Origin: Trichoplax adhaerens | Taxonomy: Eukaryota; Animalia; Placozoa | DNA length: 64,000 nucleotides | Direction of reading: 5' to 3' | NCBI RefSeq assembly: GCF_000150275.1 | Contig: NW_002060948.1 | Location: forward strand, 3,361,183 to 3,425,182 | Part shown: positions 27,090 through 41,748 of the stretch, in pieces | How positions within the stretch are numbered: position 1 is the stretch's first letter | Layout: every line of letters begins with the position of its first letter | Made by a program: the position numbers and the translations under genes | Notes under the pieces: model-generated | What the model was told of the DNA's origin: nothing | The model's input: only the letters and a program-made list of their open reading frames with translations | The model's database searches: none

Positions 27090-27872
27090 CTACTGTATTA
27101 TACACTATACTATATTTTCCACATTAGCAATCACATCAAGACTGCCAGTTGACCAGTCCCTGTCCATTCTAACCTGCCTTATGTATAGTCATGGACTACT
27201 GTATTATACACTATACTAAACTTTCTCATTTGACCAGTAGGGCCCAGCCCATATCAACTGCAGCGATGCTTGCAATGGCAGCTACCAAATCATGATCAGT
27301 CTCTCTCGGTTCCAGAGTTCCTTATTATAATGTATAGTCATGAACTACTACTGCTATGCTTGCTATGGCAGCTACCAAATCATGATCAGTCTCTCTCGGT
27401 TCCAGAGTTCCTTATTATAATGTATAGTCATAAACTACTACTGCTATGCTTGCTATGGCAGCTACCAAATCATGATCAGTCTCTCTCGGTTCCAGAGTTC
27501 GTTATTATACTGTATAGTCATGAACTACTACTGCTATGCTTTGCTATGGCAGCTACCAAATCAAGACTGCTCGTTGAGCAGTCCCTGTCGATTCCAGAGT
27601 TCTTTATTTTAATGTATAGTTATGAACTACTACTGCTATGCTTGCTATGACAGCTACCAAATCAAGACTGCTCGTTGATCTGTCTATCTCGATTTTAGCT
27701 TATTCTAATGCACAGTCATGAACTACTACTATACTTTCTACGGCAGCTACCAAATCAAGACTGCTCGTTGATCAGTCTATCTCGATTTTAGCTTATTCTA
27801 ATGCACAGCATGAACTACTGCTATGCTTTCTACTGCAGCTATCACATCAAGACTGCCAGTTGATCAGTCTCA
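27090..27872. repeat. Minisatellite of ~8 units (90-105 bp) between divergent NDUFB9 and EXOSC10
   Basis: The near-identical 90 bp unit ctactgctatgcttgctatggcagctaccaaatcatgatcagtctctctcggttccagagttccttattataatgtatagtcatgaacta occurs about 3 times in the core, flanked by longer, more diverged units containing tcaagactgc. Confidence 0.97.
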
Positions 27873-28629
27873 CTTAACAATAGGATTGTATAGAGCAATG
27901 CCTCGAACCATAGGGCAATGTGTTTTACAACATCGTTTTGCTTTCAGTCACATAAGCTAGCCAACACGATGCACGAAATCGAGACATGAACTAGCTTGAT
28001 TTATGCACTTCTACCACGATATCGACATAGTAACCAACACTTTCTATAATATACTGCATCGATAGATCTATTTCATCGATCCTTACTGTACAATGTACAT
28101 ACATACAGTACAGTGCATGAAAATAGAAATGCAATTACACCACTATCATTGCAGAATGTGCAAAATGACTCGTCACCCCTGCTCGTCCCGAGAATTTTGC
28201 ATGTTGAAGCATGGTTCACTAGAAAATACGGTCTAACCTTCTTGTGTGCATGTCGATTTATGGAAAAGAAAGAGGATGAATGAAGATACCTGTGGACAGT
28301 GTAAAAACGGACTTTTTTTTATACAAAATAAGGTAAAAAATGTCGAAAACTACAGTAGTTAGTTACTTTATAGTTCGGATTGTTGATATACGGTTTGAAA
28401 AATTAGAAAAATAAGTCAACAACAAAATCGTTTATCCACCATACTGGCGTCGTGACGAGTAGAGGTGTTTGGAACAGTAGAGCATTTCATTTACTACCGT
28501 CACCGCAGTCTCTGAAATGAAATTGAAATGTCCGGCCATCCGAGTTCATTTCCGTCCAGTTGTCCGGTACCGTGTAGACTACTATATTACGGTAGTCGAT
28601 AACAACTTGGTTGCTCTACAAGCGGCAAC

Positions 28630-31600
28630 ATGGCTGAGACCTCGACTTCGGATAAAAATCTTCAGCAAGATATTGCTGGCTGCGAAAGCGTCGAAGCATT
28701 TACAAAGGTACTTCAATCCAATTATTGAACTATTGCTATATATTACGATATAGGATGGATTCTTAGACTCATCGTTCTCTTTGGAAATTTTATAGTATAA
28801 CTTGTAATAATGTAATATTGGAAGCACAGTAAGGTAGTCATTGTTACTATGGATATAGCTGAAGGGGACAGTAATGAAATGGATGCATGATGTAAAGTAG
28901 TGTTGCAATAGATTGAGTTAGTATCATATACAGTACTGCTATAAAAGATGCATTCTTGGATTCATTAATGTCTTTGAAAATGGCAATAGTACTATACTAT
29001 ATAATTAGAGTACTGTTGTAATATTGTGTGAATATGAGGTAGGCATACAGCGGCTACTAAAACCATAGCTGAAGGATACAGTAAAAGGATGCAGCATGTA
29101 CGCGAAGTAGCGTTGGAATAGATTGAATTATTACCGTATGCAGTGGTGCTATAGCAAATGAATTCTTACATTTATCGATGTCTTGAAGAATTTCATAGTA
29201 TAACGGAAGCACTGTAGTATTATATGAGAATGTCAGGTAGTCATTGTTGTTGAAGACTGCACCAGAAGGATACAAAATGTAGTAAAATAACAGTAAATAT
29301 AATTTAGACAGAGAAAGATGCTAATCGATAAAGATGCTAATCGATTCTCTTATGGGTTTTACTGTCTACACCTAAACTGGATGGTAGCAAGATAAACTAA
29401 ACTAATGTTATAGACTGTACCTAATGCGATTATATTTGCAAATTGTTCCAATTAATGATTAACTGGATTTCTTAGCTCTTTTGATGAATACTTAAAAAGA
29501 AGTTTAATAAACTATCGTACTGTAAATGAAGTTACGTAGTGCATATTAATAAGGCTATCATGTAAGCTTTTTCTATCTACTAATACCCGTGTACTGTATT
29601 TTTACGTAATCCTCGTCTCATATTAACAGTTAGTATTTCCTCCGCTGATCAAAGCAACACAATGTGGCAATAAGTTACCAACTGCTGGTGATGACTACGA
29701 TTTTTACGCTTCTTATTCATCTTTTCAACAATTCATGCAAGAAGCTGGAGATCGTTTACTCTCCCTGTAAGTAATCTTCTCCTTAATTGGCTCTGATCCT
29801 TGGACTATTAATGCTTTCAATTTTAATTTATTTTAAATCATTATTAAACCTACTCTGGCAGCCTGTGCTAAGTAATATTTATCATTTTACTAATCGTATA
29901 ATGACCACGTGTGTTGCAGCAATGGAGCATTGATTCGCCACTTAGGCCTTAATTGTAGATGGCCACTTCAGTCAGATGCTTTTGATATTGATGACAGAAC
30001 CGACTCGTTAATAGACGCTAATGATGCAATATTAGAAAAAGTCGTAAGTTTGTTGATGACAATAAGCTGAACCTACTGTGCAGTATCTGTCTATGCTGTC
30101 GGATTTGTAATGCAAGTGTTGCACTAATACTTTTTACTGCTGAACAGTAAACTAATTCAGAATGCCTTATTAGGATCTACTAATAGATGAAGCTCAAGGT
30201 ATCAAAAGAAATGTTGAACCGATGATTCCTGCCAACTCTAATCAAAATTATCCTAAAATCGCTAGTTGGAACACAAAAAGGGTTTGTTAACCGACAGTAA
30301 ACAAAATCTGCTATCGCACTTTAGTTTTATATATACTCGTGCATTTCCTAAATTGGTTTAAATGCGGAAAATTTCTTCTACAGTACAGTACATAGTTAAT
30401 TATCTAATCCTACGTACGTATACAAGACCATTCTACAGCTTGTTAAGCCTAATCCTAGCATCAACTTGCATATTCGATTTCCTTGATAAGTTACGATTTC
30501 GAACATTCTTACACAGGATAAGGTCAGAGCCATGGCGGAAAACTTCAAATTTCTACATGCTAAGAATATTCAAAGACCTCAACTACAGTTCAAAACGAAA
30601 ATCGATAATTCAAGCTCACCCTTTATACCAAAACTGAAATGCAAGCCGAATGCCCTTGTGCCATTACCTAAAGGTATGCCACTGCTATGACAGCGTCAGT
30701 GTACGTATGCCTTTCGTAGTATTTTTAATCTTAACATTGAAGTACGAATAAGATAAAATACATAATGGCAATACCATGAGTAACGTCATAATTGTATTTA
30801 CACTGGTTAGAGTACATGGAAGATGAACAAACTGCACGCACCGACAAATTCTCTTCGAAAGTGATAAAACTAGATCCGGAAGCTGAAGACGATAACGTAG
30901 ATGGCCAAGAATCCAGGTAAAATCTTCTTGATAATGTTATCAATAAACAAAATGGTCCTGGATTATTCTCTGTCTGGCTAATATTAAATTTATGATTTAT
31001 GGAATTAGACACCCCTATCGGTACGAAATTAAACATTTACAACCTATGGATTGGCAGCTGAAATCAAAAAAGCCTATGGTATATATTAGTTAATGTATCT
31101 GCTTGCTACTGCATTGTTATCATGTCTTCTTCAATATTACAAATACTTCTTCAATTATAGATGTATCTTCCACTTGATGAAACCCCGTTGAATGTAATTA
31201 CCGAAAAGGATGAATTAAAAGATTTGTTGGAAACATTAAAATCTGTTACTGAATTTGCTGTTGATTTGGAGGTACTATTTAAAGATTATTTGTATAAGAC
31301 AGAATTAGTAAATTATCACATTATAATGCGCCTATTTTAGGGATGTTTTATTTATATCAAAATTATTTTCTGGAAAGCATCATAGTTATAGGTCATATCA
31401 AGGCTTTGTATGTTTAATGCAAATATCCACACGTGATGCGGATTACATAGTCGATACTCTTGCACTTCGAAGTGAATTATGGACATTAAACGAAGTTTTC
31501 TCGGATCCAAAGATTATCAAGGTTTTAACGACAATTTAAATAATGAAAATTCTTATCAGGAATATTATCTGTTTTGGTATAAAGATATTAGGGTTTATTC

Positions 31601-34600
31601 TTCGATGATTAAAAATATTGTATCTTAGATTTTGCATGGAGCTGACAGTGATATTATCTGGCTGCAACGAGATTTTGCTATCTACGTGGTTAACATGTTT
31701 GATACTGGGCAAGCAGCTCGACTTCTACAGTTTCCTCGCTTTTCTTTATCATATTTACTTTTAAAATACTGTAATGTAACTGCAAATAAGGGATTACAGT
31801 TAGCAGATTGGAGAATTAGGTAAGATTTAATGTTGCAAGGGCCTTACGTGTACATTAAACTAAAATATTGTAACTGATGCAATCAGTATGGTAGTTGAGT
31901 GAACTGTTGTACGTTACAGGCCTTTGCCTCAAGAGATGGTCCAATACGCACGAGAAGATACCCATTACTTATTGTACATATTTGATGTCCTTACAAATGA
32001 ATTAATGAATGCTTCGACGTCAGTGGATTTGTTAAAATCAAATTTCGACAGAAGCAAGAAGATTTGTTTACGCGTAAATAGCAGATTAATCCATTAAACT
32101 TTGATAGTCTACCTGTTATGGCTATGCTTGAAATGATTCTTGGCAAGTAGATTTTATGGAAATAAATCTTCTTTTACTACCTTTAGACTTACGAAAAGCC
32201 GGTTTTTAATAAAAAGTCTTATTTGAATTTATTATATAAGCATAAAGGTCGCTTTAATCATCAGCAAGTAAGAGGGGAATCAACTTATTTATCATTCTTC
32301 AATTTTCTGTCTAACCTTGGATTATTTAATGTAAAATTTATCACATTTTATATTGAGAAATTATTGGCTAATGTTGTATTTACGGCGTGCTTTTAAAACA
32401 GAATTATGCATTTGCAAAGCTGTATTCTTGGCGCGATAGTGTTGCTCGAGATAATGATGAGAGTGCAAAGTAGGCCAACTATAGTTATGCACGATGGATA
32501 CTTTTTTATTATTATTTTCAATTCGATAAACTTTTATACATGTTTCTTTCAGCTTTGTCCTTCCAAATCATATGCTGCTACAAATTGCAGAAAATTTACC
32601 AAGGTTAACATTCACTCTTTCTTCATTTTGCCTTTTATTTATCATACTGTACATACAATATATATATATATACATCTGATCTACAGAGAGCCTCAGGGAA
32701 TATTAGCTTGCTGTAACCCAATTCCGACTTTAGTGAGACAGTACATAGGAGATATTCATCAGATTATCAAAAAAGCCCGAGAACGAAGTATCAATGAAGT
32801 AATGTAAAATTATTGCAGTACTTTTATTTAATATTTGTAAATTTCTGAGATTAGTACTTAATAATAACTCTTTTTGCTGATAGGATTTGGATGAATTAGG
32901 TGATACAGGTGTACATAGCAATTCTGAATCCAAAGTCGCTTTTTCTAATCGAGAAAATATATTTGAACAGCAGGATATAAACGGTTAGTTTTACATGGCG
33001 AGTGATGCTAATCACTTTATAACTTAATTAGTATGTTTAGATATCACCTATAGCAGTAACGATTATTGAGAGCATTGATGGAGAGGTTTACATCTTGTAA
33101 CCTGCATCTCTTTTAGAACAAAAATTATCGATTGAAGCGGTTGGCCCGGCTGTCACCGTCTTAACCACCCCATCCTTACAGCAGTTAGACTGGACGTCAA
33201 ATAAGGTACTACATAATATAGAATTGGAGCTACAGTGAGATGTAAATAGCCATGGAGGTTATTGTAAAATATGCTTCTTTAGGACATGAATCAGGACATG
33301 AAACACAAAATTACTTCGATACTAAATTCATTTCCGAACCCTTTCGATAGTGTAGGTGTATCATTGCTGCTAAGATTTTAGTTTGAGTAGCGGAGGTGTA
33401 CTTCAGCTTATTTCGGTTATTGGTATTTCTCAATATAGGTGTATCACTTCAATAGCAGCAATCCGGTTTTTGTTAAATCTAGCGATCGCTCAAAAATAAC
33501 TGGTAGCAGTTCTCATCAAGAATTGTACGTTTATTGCAATATAACGTAGATACTGAATAATATTTTTAACTGATATTAATGTTTACTTTAGTCATCAGAA
33601 AATTTCTCATGACAGTAGTAAAAGTGATGGAGTTGAATGTGATGCTACATCCATTGAAAATTTGGTAGAAACAACGAAAGGTAAATAACTTATAGAGCTG
33701 ATTTCTTAATTTGTTTATTACTATTTTGGATCACGATACCATCTATAGCTAGTGCTAGTTGCTGATCTAGAGGCAAATGGAATGTCCTTGTAATTCGTAC
33801 GTAAATTAATCGCGGTACAATTTTACCATAATATTAAACTATCTTTACTGTTGCAACTTTCAGGCCAAAAACGGTCTCCAGAAGATATTATCTCTGAAGA
33901 AATTAAAGCCATTCGACAGAAGGTAAAAATTTTCCCCATGGGTATTGAGCAATAAAATTTGTTCTTTAAATACATTTCTTGAACAAGGATTAAATTTATA
34001 TATTTTTTGATATTATAGAAACGCAAGAAAAATAAGAATTATAAAACCCTGCTGACTAGCCAAGAAGAACAGTTTACGCCATTTGATTACTCCAAGTCTT
34101 CTGACAAGTTATTTAGTAAGGATGTCATGATTGTAGAAGATATATGAGCTAAAGCTATTGTTGCGCTATTAATATTAATGAATTATTTTGAAGATTAGGA
34201 ATTATACTCGATTGTAATAATTCGAATTTAAAAATATTATTTTAGGTAGTGAGCCATTAAAAACTGAGCCACAGGAAATGGTAAATAATGCTAAGGCCTA
34301 TGATCCGAACCGAAGAAATAAAGCTTCAAAATACGCTAAGGTACGTATACACTTTTCTGTCTCTTAGAAAGACTTGATATTTTGACATTTTCCTTTGAGA
34401 TAGTATAGTCGTGGAGTATTAATAGACTGTAGTATTGAACGTTTGTTCCCTATACTGTATACCCTTAATAACAATAGAAAGTTGCACCGCGTGGTAAAAT
34501 CAAGAGTAAAATGGGCCAACGCACCGTGACCTTCAAACAAGGACCGTCACAGTAAGATTAATTATCCTTTCAGTGATACACAATAAGATAAAAATTAAAT

Positions 34601-34665
34601 TTTTTGAAATTTTTATTTATTATTGAAGTAGGTCAAACAGTCAAGTGTTCTGGCCGAAGCGCTGA
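28630..34665 (+). CDS. EXOSC10: Exosome component 10 (RRP6/PM-Scl100), DEDD-Y 3'-5' exoribonuclease, >20 exons
   Basis: Exon 1 [10 protein letters not shown]...AFTK (28630-28707); PMC2[16 protein letters not shown]; exonuclease EFAVDLE|[52 protein letters not shown]; [29 protein letters not shown]; [13 protein letters not shown]; ends VFWPKR* (TGA 34663-34665). Confidence 0.97.
28750..29280. repeat. Diverged ~200 bp tandem repeat (x2.5) in EXOSC10 intron 1
   Basis: atg(g/c/a)attctt...tct(t)tg...aat...atagta at ~28755, ~28948 and ~29158; atagctgaagg...acagtaa...ggatgca...aagtag.gttg.aatagattga at ~28855 and ~29064. Confidence 0.8.
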
Positions 34666-35678
34666 CCAATTCCAGTAGATATTTTTAGATCGATGACTAT
34701 TTGCTACGGTAGTAGCCAAAGTTATGGAGGGTAGAATTACATTGCTAACATTTGTAATCTTGTGTAAAGATTTCGATATAACAATATTAATTTAAAGCAT
34801 TGTAAATAGCCCTACGACGATATTCAAATCCGAAAAAAAGTCGTTATAATCTGTATGAAGTCATATAACCAGATAATTTTATAAATTAAATGCTTTTACA
34901 GAAAGTACTTTACTTAATAAAGCTGTTATATATGTTACATCAATGACTGTGTCACATGAAGCCGTTGTCAATGCATGAAATGTTCTTACTGTACTTTCCA
35001 TTATTCAACTTCGATAACTCGTACTGTGTTCGAGCTAAATTGTGCCAAAGTTAGTAATCGCTCTAATCCAAGTATATTACCATTACATGACTAACGATCT
35101 GTAATTATTGTTCAAATAGCATACAATACGGACTAGAATAAGACCGCTGTATATCTGTAGAGCGAAAATGATTATAGCATTATCCTTCACAAATACTCGT
35201 GCGTAAAGACAAATCAATCACTGCACTAAAAGAGATATAATCAAAAATCTGAAAAGTTTTTTCAAAGAGCTTAACAGCAGTCATCAATGGGTTAAATGAT
35301 ATTGATAAATTGTTCTACTATAATTCATAGAAATAGGATGTCAGTAGATTCTGAATTTAGTTTGTAAAGAATATACAGTAAGAAGAACAAGAGTCAACAC
35401 TTTAGTGCAGAATAAAAGATGCCGTGTAGTATAGATGAATACTATCGAAATCCAGTGATTGTAATTTTGTTATGAATGAAAGAAAAAATGTATAAGAAAG
35501 TGTTTAACAGAAATGTATCGCACTTAGGTAAAATTAATAAGAATATGTGGAAGTTAAATGGCCTCTCCTTGAAAAACTGTATTAATACATAATATTAGTA
35601 CAGTATATAAAATTGATTATTTTTAACCTAAATTCATAAATTGGCAATCACGACAAAGACAATAAAGTTTTATATCTA

Positions 35679-38600
35679 CTAGACAGCAGTTTCAACAGAT
35701 AGCGGACCTTCGCGATGCTCATCATGGTGGCGTCTGTTATCATTATGATGGTGATGATGCCCAGTTCGATGATGGTGATGTCGGTTGTGGTGGTGCGAAT
35801 GGTGATGATGATGATGATGATGATGACCACGATGTTTGCGTCCTTGTTCATCATCGCTCTCTGATTCAGAACTGCTAGTACTACTTTCGCTACTGCTGGA
35901 ATCTATTGCAACTGGAGTGTGATGCAATAATTTAGGACCCATTAATACAATAAGAGCTGCTCCTAAAGGGGCTGTGATTAAGATACTTAAAACTGCAATG
36001 GTTAAAATAACGTTCCCACGACGAAGGTCATCAGGATCATTGCCCCTTAATCTAGCAGTATCCAGGGCAATAGATCCAATAGCTGCCTGAACTGTTGCTT
36101 TAGGTAGCCAAGCAATTGCTACGAACAATTTCTCTTTCCATGCAAGATCGTTATGTGATACACCAATGTAGGTAACTACGACCCTAATTGCTAATCCAGC
36201 AGATAACACAGCGAAACCTATTCAAAACAACAGTAGTAGTAATTAACTTAAAAACGATGGACTTTAAATCACATCTAGTAATCGGCAATTGGTATGATAT
36301 ATTTTATAGGTAATATTGCACATGAACAACAACGGTTAACAATGTATGTGCTTGTGAAAAAAATCGAGTCAGGGCCGAGGAGATTTGTTATTCTTGTATG
36401 GTACACAGACAGTATAGGTTCTTATCGTTATAGATCATGCTAAATACAATTTTTAAACTTACTTCCTCCAATAATACTACCAGTAAGAAAATTAATATCA
36501 ACTTCAGCTCCAATTAGACCAAAGAGAATTGGCTGAAATAATTGCCATAGAATGTCAATGCTATGTTCAACTGTTTCTTTAGTAGTTCTCCATTGCATAG
36601 CAGCTACAAAAGAGCAAACTAAAGCTGCCAGAGCACCTGCACCTGTTAAAATATTTCATATTGTAAAGCATATCATTAATAATCAATCAAACAGTCGATA
36701 AATTGAAGTAAACTGTTCTATCTACATTCGTAGTATGATCAAACGCTAAATTAAATTGTTCCATTTGATACTGTTCCTACCTGAAAATTCTACAGCACGA
36801 CTACCAAATATAAATAAGTTATTAAGACTCAGCAATAACACAAATCGATTTCGTGATACGCCATCTTCATCATTGTTAGGGAAGAACCAACAGACTATAC
36901 CGGCTACTACACCGAAAGCAATTCCTACTAATATCTCCACCGGACCACGAAATATGTTAAATATGATGTCGCCTGTCAGTCAATCATAAAGAGAAACTTA
37001 ACCATGTCGTTGGATAACCTTACGCGCATATTAAAATTATTGAAATAGTCCACACTCTCTACTACCAATTCTATCATATAATTTTTTTTTACACATTTAC
37101 TGTAGCTTCGATAAAGACGTGCAATTTAACTACGGTACCTGTAGAAAAAGCGATACCAAGGAAAACTCCAAAGCCACTGATGGCAAAAACATCATCGATC
37201 GATGCTGCGGCAATAACCAATGTGGGAATCCCCTTATTGACACCATAACCGCGTTCTTGTAGTGATAATAAAGTCGGAATGACTACAGCAGGTGAAACTG
37301 CAGCCATAACAAATCTAAACAGTATTACAGTTACAAATTAATTGTGATATACGCGTCAATTATATATGTATATCGCTCTAGATATTCAACTATTGCATAG
37401 GATCGGAAATTACCCTAGCATAATTCCCCAAAGCCACGGTAAATCCATCACGTATCGAGCAACAATTGCATCTACTACAGTTTCGCATATGCAAGGAAGG
37501 AATGCAACACGTAAAACAGTAAATTTTTGATGGATTAGAGCTTTCCAGTCCAAACCTAAAATACACGAAAGTAATGTTGGAAAGGAAAGTATTAAAATAT
37601 TACTCAACCAGTAATTGCAATTTAGCAAGCTAGTCTTTATTTGATACTGAATGCATTACTTTACGACGTAAAATTTATAATTATTTCAATAACATCCAAT
37701 GGATATACTATACTGTATACAGTATCCAGGGGAGGAGCTGTGTTACGACTGAAAATTCTCAAATAGCAAAATAGTGCTAGGTTATTTTTGACTGATTGAT
37801 TGATTTGTGCCGATAGCCTTTTTTAGAATACGGGGATTGTTTATACTGATATGAAGCAAGAATAGTAATGTCATGTACGGCGGTATGATGTAGAAATGTT
37901 TAGTATGTGTAGAATACGATAATTCAATTGCCAAGCAATCGCTTATACGTGGTTAAATAAAGCATCATCCAATTCAGCAATAGGTCAATAAATGATGATT
38001 GTATATCAAATTACACAACAACTGCTATCTAGCAATCAATATCGAGAACTAATATCGTCTAATTTCAGCAAATAAAATACAGTTCAAAGTAAAGTTGGAT
38101 GTCTATCGTACTGTATGTCGTAGAGTGTGTCATGGCATAAAAAACTGGATCAATGCCAGCACGTTAGTAAATAATGGTATGTAAGCTTTTAGAATCGTTG
38201 GCCATACTGAAAACAATTTAAAACTACAGGATACCGAGAAAGGAATGTAGAAAACTATGCGGATTGAATATGGATACTGTATATTGAGATTTAAAATAGT
38301 TTTAGTATACGCAGCTCATTTAGACTGCCTGAACAGGATGGCTAAGAAATGATACCACTCTCGTGAAATATTAAACAACATGTTCAACTGCTGCATTCAG
38401 CAAAGGAATTGCGAGCAATTATGTGTACTGTACTTTAGAATGATAACAACAGTTATTATTACTGCAATAATGAATCAATTACAGTATTGTATAGTCAATT
38501 ATACTTTACTTTTCTCTTTTACAGCCGTATACTGCATGGATAGAATTCTAGCTAAAACAAGAATATGCATATACTGTACGCTAACTAGTGCTAAACGATG

Positions 38601-41583
38601 CATTCCTTCAATTTTGTATAATTTTCTCTTGTACTCAAAATTATTTTAGGCATGTACCGCATTTACAGAATCTTTCACTACAACAGAATAGTCTTTCTTC
38701 CACTAAGAATTATAGTCTCATACAGTAGAAAACTACAGTATTGTAGTAGAAATCAGAGTTGGATTGCATCTTCAATTTTGGATTATATGTAAGCGATAAA
38801 GCAAATCAGCCAATAAATAATAGAGTAAAGTACTGTACATTCATTCAGTTCGATCACATTCTAATCGACAGTGCAGCGTTAATTTATCCACGCTTGTAAA
38901 ATAGTACGTAACAGTAGATAACTTGTTGGTGAAAATCAATCCAAGTAGTAGATATGTATGATCATAAAGCATGAGATGAGTAGAACATCCATCGGATAAG
39001 CACATTACTGTACAATCTTTCATATTATAATTCGGTAAAGGGACTACAGCTTGAAAGGGTAGTTCACAACGATATGCAGTTTACAAAAGAGTCGTTCTAT
39101 TCAACGTGAAGTACTGTATTAGTTTTTTTTTGGACATCTCAACCTCACCCCATGTTTGCGTACAGTTGAACAACATTTACTGACGAAAAATTGGCACACT
39201 CTTTTCTCGATTTGAATGATTTTGTTCAACTTCCATCCCCTTTCATACCATTGGCAGACAATTGGAGTCGCCGATGGAAAATTCACGATGCAATTTTTTT
39301 CCCCTCAGTACGTCTTATCGTGCGGCAAATGGCAATCTCTAGTCATCATTTTCGATGTAACTTGCTCAACCAATAGTAGTAGGAATGTTATTTCCATGGT
39401 ATTTGATTGCGTGTTTACTGATCTGTCTTTAGTAATAGGTAACAATTAAACTGTCTATGCATTGCGCAAAACAGACATTTACTAAATATTGATCTTTTGG
39501 ATTGATATTATTGATCGTCATTATCTATCATTGTCGTCCATAGAGTACCGTATAAAAGAGTCCTAACCAGTAAACGATCGATTGATCATTCTATAATTTA
39601 CATAATTAATCGGTCCAAGCGATTGAATGATTACGCAACGGTATTAACGAATTTTAAAATAAACGTTGCAAGAATAAGAATCCATCTCGATTTTACCAAA
39701 TGAAGCAATGGAAACTATCGTATTGCTGATGAAAGTGAACTGTGTGACAAAAGTTACGATACATTAATTTATGTATTATTCAAGAGTGAAAATTCTGATT
39801 GTGTGTCATGATCTTTGCAGGTAGAGAAAAAAATTGAACAGCATCATCAAATAAGACGAACTACTCGGTTCAAATTGCTCATCGCGATACATGACCTACT
39901 TACTGTATCGTATGTCTTTTAAAAGTGTAAGCAATATTATTGATTGGTATATGGAGTTGATAGTATTGACAAAAGTAGACAAAAAACAAAGTGCGAATAA
40001 AATAGCCGTTTGCCAGTTGCCTGCTATATGAACAAGAAATGGTCAAGGCATTGCCTAGGCGTGAAGTAGGTAGGACGGACATCCTCTAGCCATAATAATA
40101 ATAATTAGAGTACAGTAAATTAGTTGTCAAATTAGTTATCCATTTCTTTTCCAGTGTCATCGATTTACAGCCATGAATACTATGGAGACAGTAGAGTTGG
40201 ATTTTTTGTTGGACTTTCACTGGATTGAGAACAATCTCAAATGTTGTGAAAGTTTGCTTTGCGTCACTTTCACACTCATACTATAGCCTTAGGTCGTTTT
40301 AGGAGCAATTACCAGTTTTTCTCCATTTTTTAATCACCATTATATTCAAGGGATAAGATGAAGATTATTTACTAGCTATCAATCAGTTTATCATCATGTC
40401 CTAAGAATCAAGGGTCAATCAACGATTGGTGTTGATGAGGCCAAAGAAGAGCATGAAAAGTCTGGATAATATTGTATTTAGTGTTGTATAGCATGAAAGG
40501 CCTGGATCATGTTTTATTATCATTGATGAAACCAACAATAAATAGTTTAGAGTTGATGGCATTCAATAGGAACAGAAATAGAATGTTGTAAGGGAAGAGT
40601 TGCTTGACCAACTCATTGATGACACGATCAACATTGCTGATGATGTGACCATCTCTAGCAATTGATGATGCCATGAGATAGATTTGAAAGAAATGTTTTC
40701 TTAATCAAGCAACTCTTGATTGTTGGTCATTAAATGGAGAAAAACAAACATGGATGAAATAGATAGCAAGGAGTTGACTTGACGTCTTAGGACTGCAGTT
40801 GGACATTATTGATCAAGTGAGATAGATGGAAAGAATTGGTTAAGGGGATAAAAAAATGGTAGGAGTGGATGGATGCCTTTGGTTAAGTCATGGTCTATCG
40901 ATCTATTTTACTGTAGTGTACAGCATGTCAACTGTGGAAAGTAGAGTATGAGGGGAAAAAGTGTTTTAGGCCTTGAAATTGTACCATAGTCTTATCCATT
41001 GGATGCTATCAAGAATGTGGATATCATTATCACTGACTGAACGAGGCAGGCGTCCAAGTTGATGAACAACTAGGAGCGAACATATTGGATTATAGAATTA
41101 AGGATAAAAACGATGATGACGCTAATCATCAATGCAGATTATTGATGGATTGGATTAAGGAATATTTTAATTGCATATCATTTGTTGCACTTCAGTCATA
41201 CCTAATCCCGCTCGTGTTAGAATTACGGCTAAAGCCATGGCTCGCAGTGTACCCGACCATTTTGGATCGATACTTTTAGCAACATTAATTGTGGGCGCAT
41301 TACGCAATGTAAAGCCAACCACCAACATGCCAAGCAATGCTGGACCTTTCAATTTGGCTACAATAAATCCACCTAAAGCTGAAGCGGTTATCACCACAAA
41401 TAAGGAGAAGATATTACCACCTGGTAACGCTTCCTTGCCCAAGATAGACCATAATAAGCCATAAGCAATAGCGACTTGTAGAATTCGTGTTAAGATACGA
41501 GCCAATTTTCCCGATGGTGGTGAACAGATCCGATTGCTGCTAATAGAACCGGAGTAGTTTTTATTATCGTTGATTTCAGCCAT
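35679..41583 (-). CDS. SLC9B2: SLC9B/NHA-type cation/proton antiporter (CPA2), 6 exons, with Ser-rich and His-rich C-tail
   Basis: Exons encode ALPGGNIF..LLGMLVVGF..LRAMALAVILTRAGLG|LD..RVAFLPCICE..WGIMLG|FVMAAVSPAVVIP..GYGVNKGIPTLVIAAASIDDVFAISGF|..GPVE..|..QPILFGLIGAEV..|..IAWLPKATVQAAIG..ILITAPLGA. The DD motif is intact. SLC9B1 and SLC9B2 cannot be distinguished; additional 5' exons are not excluded. Confidence 0.93.
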
Positions 41584-41729
41584 TGGATCAATGGATTGAA
41601 TGATGACGACAATGCAAATAATGAATTTTTCCAATTTTTTTTTTTTCCAATCTTGAAGGGTAGTTAGTGTATCAAAGCCACTTTGTCAAGAGAATGATCG
41701 TCTGGTTGTCGATGGAGGGTAATTTTTTG

Positions 41730-41748
41730 CACACACACACACACACAC
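41730..41748. repeat. (CA)9 microsatellite upstream of the SLC9B start
   Basis: cacacacacacacacacac. Confidence 0.9.

Noticed and set aside
27270-27650. 126-aa ORF with 30-aa repeats, and the CRISPR-like look of the array
   Set aside because: The ORF is a by-product of a 90-bp unit and the frame breaks in the flanking units. There are no unique spacers or cas genes, and the context is eukaryotic.
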